Below, one piece after another: positions 58,267-64,000 of a stretch of 64,000 bases of DNA. Numbering within the stretch: the stretch's first letter is position 1; each line of letters begins with the position of its first letter. Source of the DNA: a virus; IMG/VR virus record IMGVR_UViG_3300043411_001639, positions 64,001 to 128,000 of that record. One strand, 5' to 3'. Made by a program: the position numbers and the translations under genes. Below the pieces are notes generated by a model that did no database searches, had not been told where the DNA came from, and saw only the letters and a program-made list of their open reading frames with translations.

Positions 58267-60399
58267 ATGTCAACAAGAAAATTAGCAAAACAAGAACAGA
58301 TTGATGAACTAATGAAATGTGGTTCAGATCCAATCTATTTTATCAAAAACTACCTATTCATTCAACATCCAGAAAAAGGAAGAATACCTTTTGAACTCTT
58401 TGAATTCCAAGAAGACTGCATCAGAGACTTTTTAAAATACAAATTTAATGTAGTGGTCAAGTCAAGACAGTTGGGATTATCCACCACCGCCGCCGCTTAT
58501 TGCCTATGGATGGCAATGTTCCATGAAGATAGAAACATATTAATTCTTGCTACTAAACTTGATGTAGCTAAAAAGATCATCAATAAGATTCGTGTAACTT
58601 TTAAGATGTTACCTGGATGGATGGTAGGTTTGCTTGGTTTAACAGAACCAGAAGCAAGCTCTGTCAAGTACATGAAACTATCAAACGGTTCTACCATTAC
58701 TGCTGAACCCACAACAGAAAACTCAGGACGTTCAGATGCTCTGTCTTTATTGGTAATAGATGAATGCGTAACAGGAGATACCACTATTCAAATAAGAAAT
58801 AAAACAACAGGTGAAATAAAAACCGTTGAAATACAAGACTTATTAAGTTCAGAATATAGGGGATCTATTAATCAAGATTTAAAATTAATAGACGAACTAG
58901 AGGTTTTAACTCCTAGTGGTTGGAGTAGTTTTACTGGAGTTAAAAAAACTACCAAACAAGAGAAGTATGAGGTATTAACTGAACACTCAAAACTAGAATG
59001 TTCAAAAGGACACAGACTTAAACTGGAAGATGGTAGTTTTGTTGAGGTAAAAGATCTAAATCCAGGGAACAAACTTGACAATCAAAATATTGTTGTTTCA
59101 ATTAAACAAACCCAAGAAACAACAGATTTTTTTGATTTAATTAATGTTGAAAAACATAGTGAATATTATACCAACAATATAACAAGCCACAATTGTGCTC
59201 ACATTGAAGGTTTAGAAGATATTTGGGTGGCTTTAAAACCTGCTCTAACAGTAGCTAAAAACGCTAAAGTTATTGCATTTAGTTCACCTAAAGGAAAAGC
59301 AAACTTCTTCTATAAACTCTATAAAGAAGCAGAAACAGGGGTTTGGGAAGAAGACAAAAAAGGCTTCCATGCTAAAGGACTAGGCAAGAACAGTTTTCAC
59401 GCTATTAAACTTCCTTGGACAGTACATCCTGATAGAGATGAAAAATGGTTTGAAGAAGAATCAAAATCAATGGATGCCAAAGCTATTGCTCAAGAGTTCA
59501 TGGCGTCATTTGAACAATCAGGTGACACTTATTTTAACATTGAAACAATGAACAACATTGAACAAGAACTTGAAGAACCACTATACCATGATGGTCCTAA
59601 TGAAAAAAACATAGATGCACTCTGGATCTGGAAAGAAGTTTTCTTAGATCACAAATACCTGTTGTGTGGTGATGTATCAAGAGGAGATGCTCAGGATTTT
59701 AGTGCATTCCATATAATCAATACTACTACTTGGGAACAAGATGCTGAGTTTATGGGCAAGATACCACCGGACAAATATGCTGATTACATGGTTGAGATAG
59801 CCAAAAGATATGGGGAAGCTTTTATTATACAAGAGAAAAACTCTGTAGGTATAGCTACAGCTATCAGACTAAGAGACTTAAAATATCCTCATGTTTACTG
59901 GCAGGATAAATCACAAGATGAACAACTATACATGTCTGATGAAGAAAAGACAATGTTGTTTCCAGGATTTACTATGAAACCAGGAAATAAACCAGGAAAT
60001 AGAGATGAGCTTTTAATAAATCTTGAAGGAATATTAAGAAACAAACAATTATTAATCAGATCAAGAAGATTCTATTCTCAGATGCAAGACTTCATTTGGA
60101 ATGGCAAGAAGGGACAAGCAGCCAAGGGGAGAAATGACGATCTTATCACTTCTCTGGCTATTGGTTGTCACATAGTAAAACCAGAAAGAAACAACGTTAA
60201 TAAAACAGACAAAGAAGCTCCTGGCTCAATTCCAGATTTTCAAAACATGTTTCTCAAAGTCATGAGAAGACAGAATATTAATACAAATATTAACCTTGGA
60301 CAACAAACATTTAATGGAGTTAAACTCAAACCAGGAGTTAGATCTGAAGCTGTTGCTCAGCAACAACAAGTAAAAGATATGTTTGGTTGGATGTTTTAA
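58267..60399 (+). CDS. terL: Terminase large subunit (T4 gp17-like) containing an intein
   Basis: DPIYFIKNY, FQ, KSRQLGLST, GRS, Walker B LLVIDE, SSPKG, QEF, GDVSRGDAQDFSA, EKN, NDDL. Confidence 0.93.
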   Translation: MSTRKLAKQEQIDELMKCGSDPIYFIKNYLFIQHPEKGRIPFELFEFQEDCIRDFLKYKFNVVVKSRQLGLSTTAAAYCLWMAMFHEDRNILILATKLDVAKKIINKIRVTFKMLPGWMVGLLGLTEPEASSVKYMKLSNGSTITAEPTTENSGRSDALSLLVIDECVTGDTTIQIRNKTTGEIKTVEIQDLLSSEYRGSINQDLKLIDELEVLTPSGWSSFTGVKKTTKQEKYEVLTEHSKLECSKGHRLKLEDGSFVEVKDLNPGNKLDNQNIVVSIKQTQETTDFFDLINVEKHSEYYTNNITSHNCAHIEGLEDIWVALKPALTVAKNAKVIAFSSPKGKANFFYKLYKEAETGVWEEDKKGFHAKGLGKNSFHAIKLPWTVHPDRDEKWFEEESKSMDAKAIAQEFMASFEQSGDTYFNIETMNNIEQELEEPLYHDGPNEKNIDALWIWKEVFLDHKYLLCGDVSRGDAQDFSAFHIINTTTWEQDAEFMGKIPPDKYADYMVEIAKRYGEAFIIQEKNSVGIATAIRLRDLKYPHVYWQDKSQDEQLYMSDEEKTMLFPGFTMKPGNKPGNRDELLINLEGILRNKQLLIRSRRFYSQMQDFIWNGKKGQAAKGRNDDLITSLAIGCHIVKPERNNVNKTDKEAPGSIPDFQNMFLKVMRRQNINTNINLGQQTFNGVKLKPGVRSEAVAQQQQVKDMFGWMF
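58765..59193 (+). mobile_element. Mini-intein (143 aa, no homing endonuclease) in terminase
   Basis: Starts CVTGDT right after IDE; block B CSKGH; ends YYTNNITSHN followed by Cys+1 (CAH). Confidence 0.92.
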
Positions 60400-60408
60400 T
60401 GAATTATA

Positions 60409-60437
60409 TTGCAACTGTCTATGAAACGTGGTAGTGT
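60409..60437 (+). promoter_or_regulatory. Sigma70-like promoter TTGCAA-N17-TAGTGT with TGn extension
   Basis: 17-nt spacer and extended -10, upstream of ATG 60447. Confidence 0.45.
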
Positions 60438-60446
60438 CAGTCCACT

Positions 60447-60902
60447 ATGACAGTTGAACTTCTAGTCTCTCAAATTACAAAAGACAATTTTGAAAACATC
60501 CAACAGAGATTCATTCTGTTGAAATACTTCTGTGAAGTAGGAGGAAATATTCTTCTTCAACAACTCAAATCTCCTGTGTCAAGGAACTTCCTCCCAAATA
60601 ATTTCATGCGTTTTCCTAGAGACATCAAAGTAACTATTGAACGTCTTGAGCCAGCGGCAGAAAACCAAACAGTTGAAAATTGGTTTGAACAGGTTACTCA
60701 TCTAGCCAAAGATCTTCTTGAAGTTATAGTTCATAACATTGGTGATCTAAACAACAAGAAACTTCTCCAAGAAATTAAAGAAACGGCAATTCTGTTGATG
60801 GAAAAATCAGGATATGAACAGTTTGAGGCAGTGTTATTTCCTAGTGAGGGAAACAATGATGATAGTGATCCGACTAGCGATGATCAACAACAGGTAGCTT
60901 GA
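60447..60902 (+). CDS. Hypothetical helical protein with acidic tail
   Basis: 151-aa ORF with an upstream promoter-like sequence. Confidence 0.55.
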   Translation: MTVELLVSQITKDNFENIQQRFILLKYFCEVGGNILLQQLKSPVSRNFLPNNFMRFPRDIKVTIERLEPAAENQTVENWFEQVTHLAKDLLEVIVHNIGDLNNKKLLQEIKETAILLMEKSGYEQFEAVLFPSEGNNDDSDPTSDDQQQVA

Positions 60903-60907
60903 TGAAA

Positions 60908-61312
60908 TCAACCTAAACCGTTATACCCTACAACGTTAATACTACTTGTTAGAGCAGCAGAACCAGAAAGAAAAGGCATGTCATCTCTTGATATGCTGGT
61001 TAAACCTGCAACGGCTTCAAAAGTTGAAGTTCCATTAGCGCTAAGTAAGAACAAGTCTTTTATTCTCCATTCTCCAGAATAAGAACCACTTGGAGGCAGA
61101 CTAAAACAATTACCACCATTGAGAACACCGTTGTTTGTAAAACCTACCTTTAGATAGTTAGTTCCGGTATTTTTAACTGTTAGGAACTTTGTTACAAAAG
61201 GAAACTGAATTCTGGTTGTTGTGGAAGTACCAGCTATTGAATTTGTAACAAAAGGCAAAGCAGAAACTTGATATTCTGCAACATAACCAAAACCACTTTT
61301 AGGAGTATACAT
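60908..61312 (-). CDS. Hypothetical small beta-sandwich virion-type protein
   Basis: YQVSALPFVT, FPFVTK...VKN, LKVGF, AGLTSI; two SGS motifs; late motif upstream. Confidence 0.55.
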   Translation of the reverse strand: MYTPKSGFGYVAEYQVSALPFVTNSIAGTSTTTRIQFPFVTKFLTVKNTGTNYLKVGFTNNGVLNGGNCFSLPPSGSYSGEWRIKDLFLLSANGTSTFEAVAGLTSISRDDMPFLSGSAALTSSINVVGYNGLG

Positions 61313-61317
61313 ACGTT

Positions 61318-61324
61318 TAACTAT
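61318..61324 (-). promoter_or_regulatory. Putative late promoter motif ATAGTTA
   Basis: 5 nt upstream of ATG 61312. Confidence 0.45.
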
Positions 61325-61336
61325 CAGAGAGTTAGT

Positions 61337-61343
61337 ATATTTA
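61337..61343 (+). promoter_or_regulatory. Putative late promoter motif ATATTTA
   Basis: 5 nt upstream of ATG 61349, back-to-back with the minus-strand copy. Confidence 0.45.
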
Positions 61344-61348
61344 ATTCC

Positions 61349-61858
61349 ATGCTAAATGAAATGGTAATTGACGTTATAAACCAAGCTCAACAAGAGTTGT
61401 TTCAACAAACTGATGATTATTCAGAACTTGCTATACTACTAGCTTTATTAAGATCATTAAATATATTACACCAATCTCATCACTGGCAATCAGAAGGTAA
61501 TCAGTTTTATTCTGATCACTTGTTATTCCAACGATTATATGAAAAAATTCAAGATGAAATTGATATAGTTGGGGAAAAAACAGTAGGTTTAGGTAAACCA
61601 TATCTAACAAACTACTTTAAACAATTAAAGATGATTAAACTGTTCTTAAAAACTTTAACAGATTCAAATGTGTCGTATACTTTAAACTCTTATAGAGCAG
61701 AACTGTTTGTTGTTGAATTTATTGAAGAAATAATTCAAAGATTAAAACTTAAAGAGTTTCTAAGTTCGGGACTTGAACAAACACTAGGTACTATCCAAGA
61801 AACACACGAACAGTTCTGTTATCTTCTCAAACAACAAACAAGAGAAACATCATATTGA
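61349..61858 (+). CDS. Dps/ferritin-like protein (probable start 61349)
   Basis: HQSHHWQSEGNQFYSDHLLFQRLYEKIQDEIDIVGEK matches the Dps ferroxidase signature. Confidence 0.8.
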   Translation: MLNEMVIDVINQAQQELFQQTDDYSELAILLALLRSLNILHQSHHWQSEGNQFYSDHLLFQRLYEKIQDEIDIVGEKTVGLGKPYLTNYFKQLKMIKLFLKTLTDSNVSYTLNSYRAELFVVEFIEEIIQRLKLKEFLSSGLEQTLGTIQETHEQFCYLLKQQTRETSY

Positions 61859-62676
61859 AACCTGTAATATATACTAGAAAAGGTTTTAAACCTTGGGAAC
61901 AAGAAGAACTGCCAAGTGCTTCACAACACTTCCCTGTTTATAATCAAAGAACTCTAATTCCTGAAGGTAGTTTAGTAATTCCAAGGTACTCAGCTTTACC
62001 GTTCTATAAAGAACTGGAGAATGATGTAAAAATCTTAGGTAGTAGATTACTAAATACTTATAACCAACACAACTATGTTGCTGATATCATTAACTGGTAT
62101 GGTGATCTTGAAAACCTAACTTTTCCTACTTGGACACTAGACAGTTATTTTCCAGACAATGTTAACGGACCTTTTGTCCTTAAAGGAAGAACTAATAGCA
62201 AAAAAGACAAGTGGAATACCCACATGTTTGCTAAGAATAAAAAAGAAGCTATCAAGGTACTAGGCAATCTAAGAGATGATGATTTTATTGAACCGCAAGG
62301 TATTGTATTAAGACAATATATTCCTCTTGTTAAACTACTGGAAGATCCAATCAATAAAATGCCAGTTACTATGGAATACAGATTCTTTTGTTTAGATGGG
62401 AAAATCCTGTCATCGGGTTTTTATTGGATTAATTTTGCTGATGAAGTTAAGGATCTAATTTCAACTAAAACTCCCGACGGGGCTACAAAACTAGTTGAAC
62501 AGGTATTAAGAATAATTGAAGACAAAATTAGATTTGTTGTAGTGGATGTTGCTTTGAAAGCAGATGGTAATGAATGGATTGTAGTAGAATTAAATGATGG
62601 TCAGCAGAGTGGTATTTCTATGAATGATCCTGAAATTCTTTATAAAAATTTATATCAGAGGTTAATATCAGGTTGA
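61855..62676 (+). CDS. ATP-grasp protein (R2K clade-like), TTG start
   Basis: FVLKG..NSKK, EYRFF, VVDVA, WIVVELNDGQQSG. Confidence 0.75.
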   Translation: MKPVIYTRKGFKPWEQEELPSASQHFPVYNQRTLIPEGSLVIPRYSALPFYKELENDVKILGSRLLNTYNQHNYVADIINWYGDLENLTFPTWTLDSYFPDNVNGPFVLKGRTNSKKDKWNTHMFAKNKKEAIKVLGNLRDDDFIEPQGIVLRQYIPLVKLLEDPINKMPVTMEYRFFCLDGKILSSGFYWINFADEVKDLISTKTPDGATKLVEQVLRIIEDKIRFVVVDVALKADGNEWIVVELNDGQQSGISMNDPEILYKNLYQRLISG

Positions 62677-63005
62677 GGGAAAGCTTCAATGACAATATCA
62701 TGTCCTGCTATCCAAGCTACTTGTTTGTAGTGTTCAAAAAATACTGGATAAAGTAGTACGTCATCATCGCCATATGTGTTTTGTTCTTTGTGTTCTTTTA
62801 GATAACTTCTCTTTGTTTTTGCAGGTCTTCCATCTATCTTACCTAAACTTCCTTGTTTAACCCCTCCTACAAATTTTGGATTAATATATCCTCTGTCATC
62901 AAAAATATACTGTCCATTTATATTTGGAACTGTATAAACAGAAGCAGGAATATCTCTTACATCTGTTGAGTGAGATCTTGAAACTTTAACTAAATCACCT
63001 ATCAT
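62655..63005 (-). CDS. Hypothetical protein (possible SH3-like barrel)
   Basis: IGDLVKV...LYPVFF...VAWI; ATGA-coupled to groEL. Confidence 0.45.
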   Translation of the reverse strand: MIGDLVKVSRSHSTDVRDIPASVYTVPNINGQYIFDDRGYINPKFVGGVKQGSLGKIDGRPAKTKRSYLKEHKEQNTYGDDDVLLYPVFFEHYKQVAWIAGHDIVIEAFPQPDINL

Positions 63006-64000
63006 TGTTGTTCACCTTTACTTGTTAATTCTGATTCATTTTCATTCATAATTACACCGCCTGAAGTTAGAACCGTTCCAACAACACTTGAAGCATGTTG
63101 TAAAGCATGTTTTGCTACTTTTACTGGATCTATTATTCCAAGTTGTATTAAATCTCCAAACTGTTCTGTTGAAGCATCATATCCATATGAAAAACTTTGA
63201 TCTGTTGCTTGTTCAAGTTTCTCACAAACAATCTCTGAACTTTTACCAGTATTTTCAACTATGGTTCTAAGAGGTTCTTTACAAGCATGAAGAACCGTTA
63301 AATAACCTGTTCTTTTGTCACCTTTTAATACTTGATGCCTTTCTAGTTGTTTCTCAAGAGTTCCAGCAATTTTAAACAACGCTGTTCCTCCTCCTGGTAT
63401 AATTCCTTCTTGAACTGCTGCTATTGTAGCATTCAAAGCATCTTCAACCCTGTCTTTTTTTTCAAAAATTTCAGGTTCAGAACTTCCTCCTACTCTAATA
63501 ACTGCTATTCCACCAGCTAGTTTAGCTAGTCTTTTTCTCTGACTAACTCTTTGATTATCTGTTAGATGTTCATTAAGAGAACCCTTGATATCTTCAATTC
63601 TCTTCTGTAGTTTTTGTTTTACTTCAACTGTTGCTTCTTCACATAAAAAAGTAGCAGTAGTTCTTGAAACTATAATTTTTTTACATGTTCCAAGATCTTT
63701 GGTTGTTAGTTTTTTCAGAGAGTTTTCATTCCCAGCGTCCAACACAGTACCTTGAGTTAATAAACCCATGTCATGCAACAGATCTATTCTATAATCTCCA
63801 AACCCAGGTGCTTTAATAGCACAACATTTTAATACTTCTTTCATCTTATTAACAATAAGACTGTGTAAAGCTTCTCCTTCTATCTCGTCTCCTATTACTA
63901 GAAGAGATCTATTTTCATTAGCTACTGCTTCTAGTACAGGAATTAAATCTTGCAGGTTTGATATTTTCCTGTTTGTTATTAAAACATATGGGTTTTCTAA
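63002..64000 (-). CDS. groEL: Chaperonin GroEL (5' part outside window)
   Basis: Frame is open to the window edge: LENPYVLITNRKISNLQDLIPVLEAVA, IEGEAL, KAPGFGD, RLAKLAGGIAVIRVG, EKKDRVEDALNAT, PGGG, GIIDPVKV. Confidence 0.95.
   Translation of the reverse strand, partial: LENPYVLITNRKISNLQDLIPVLEAVANENRSLLVIGDEIEGEALHSLIVNKMKEVLKCCAIKAPGFGDYRIDLLHDMGLLTQGTVLDAGNENSLKKLTTKDLGTCKKIIVSRTTATFLCEEATVEVKQKLQKRIEDIKGSLNEHLTDNQRVSQRKRLAKLAGGIAVIRVGGSSEPEIFEKKDRVEDALNATIAAVQEGIIPGGGTALFKIAGTLEKQLERHQVLKGDKRTGYLTVLHACKEPLRTIVENTGKSSEIVCEKLEQATDQSFSYGYDASTEQFGDLIQLGIIDPVKVAKHALQHASSVVGTVLTSGGVIMNENESELTSKGEQQ

Noticed and set aside
61268-61348. Track start of the Dps-like ORF at 61268 (similarly 53410 and 16369 for other ORFs)
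   Set aside because: These extensions overlap neighbouring genes; downstream ATGs (61349, 53371, 16381) fit promoter motifs or stop-start coupling better.
1415-63270. Numerous 60-140-aa antisense or nested ORFs in the track (e.g. 1415-1714, 8890-9273, 14059-14478, 29471-29674, 57627-57917)
   Set aside because: They lie inside or opposite well-supported genes and have no motifs; they are shadow ORFs.
1-64000. Stop-codon reassignment
   Set aside because: Standard-code ORFs tile the window densely, and TAA, TAG and TGA all terminate genes, often in ATGA overlaps.
1-64000. Eukaryotic giant virus or bacterial chromosome origin
   Set aside because: T4-like terminase, gp25/gp6 baseplate genes, a gp55-like sigma and operonic coupling indicate a tailed phage.
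1-64000. tRNA, rRNA, structured ncRNA, CRISPR arrays, DGR or retron
   Set aside because: Intergenic gaps are mostly under 100 nt; I saw no cloverleaf, repeat array or reverse transcriptase. A covariance-model scan was not run.

Overview
AT-rich, gene-dense 64-kb fragment of a large (probably jumbo) contractile-tailed dsDNA phage using the standard genetic code (TAA, TAG and TGA all end genes). Left to right: a degenerate GroEL-like ORF missing from the ORF track (1-1125, minus); Hc1-like and PIN-PhoH genes; small Ser/Gly-rich virion-type genes; a Prim-Pol::glycosyltransferase fusion and a Cas4/RecB-like nuclease; a ~16-kb glycan-biosynthesis cluster (about 9 glycosyltransferases including an ABO-type GT6, 3 nucleotide-sugar enzymes, 3 methyltransferases) interrupted by an antisense kinase-like gene and short basic paralogues; a gp55-like late sigma factor; a baseplate/tail module (gp5-, gp25-, gp6-like, LamG and FN3 proteins) containing a frameshifted gp4/TnsA-like nuclease, an EndoVII remnant and RuvC; DnaG-type primase; fused Mre11-Rad50; large terminase with a mini-intein; Dps-like; ATP-grasp; and a canonical GroEL running off the right end. 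Best candidate for an undescribed system: a phage-encoded virion O-glycosylation system, pairing the glycan cluster with an [S/T]-G-S motif strongly enriched in a subset of tail/baseplate proteins. Other highlights: a probable pseudo-ATPase chaperonin beside a normal GroEL, the primase-glycosyltransferase fusion, an ATAnTTA late-promoter motif, and apparent absence of TCGA. All calls come from motifs read by eye; no searches were run and counts are hand counts.
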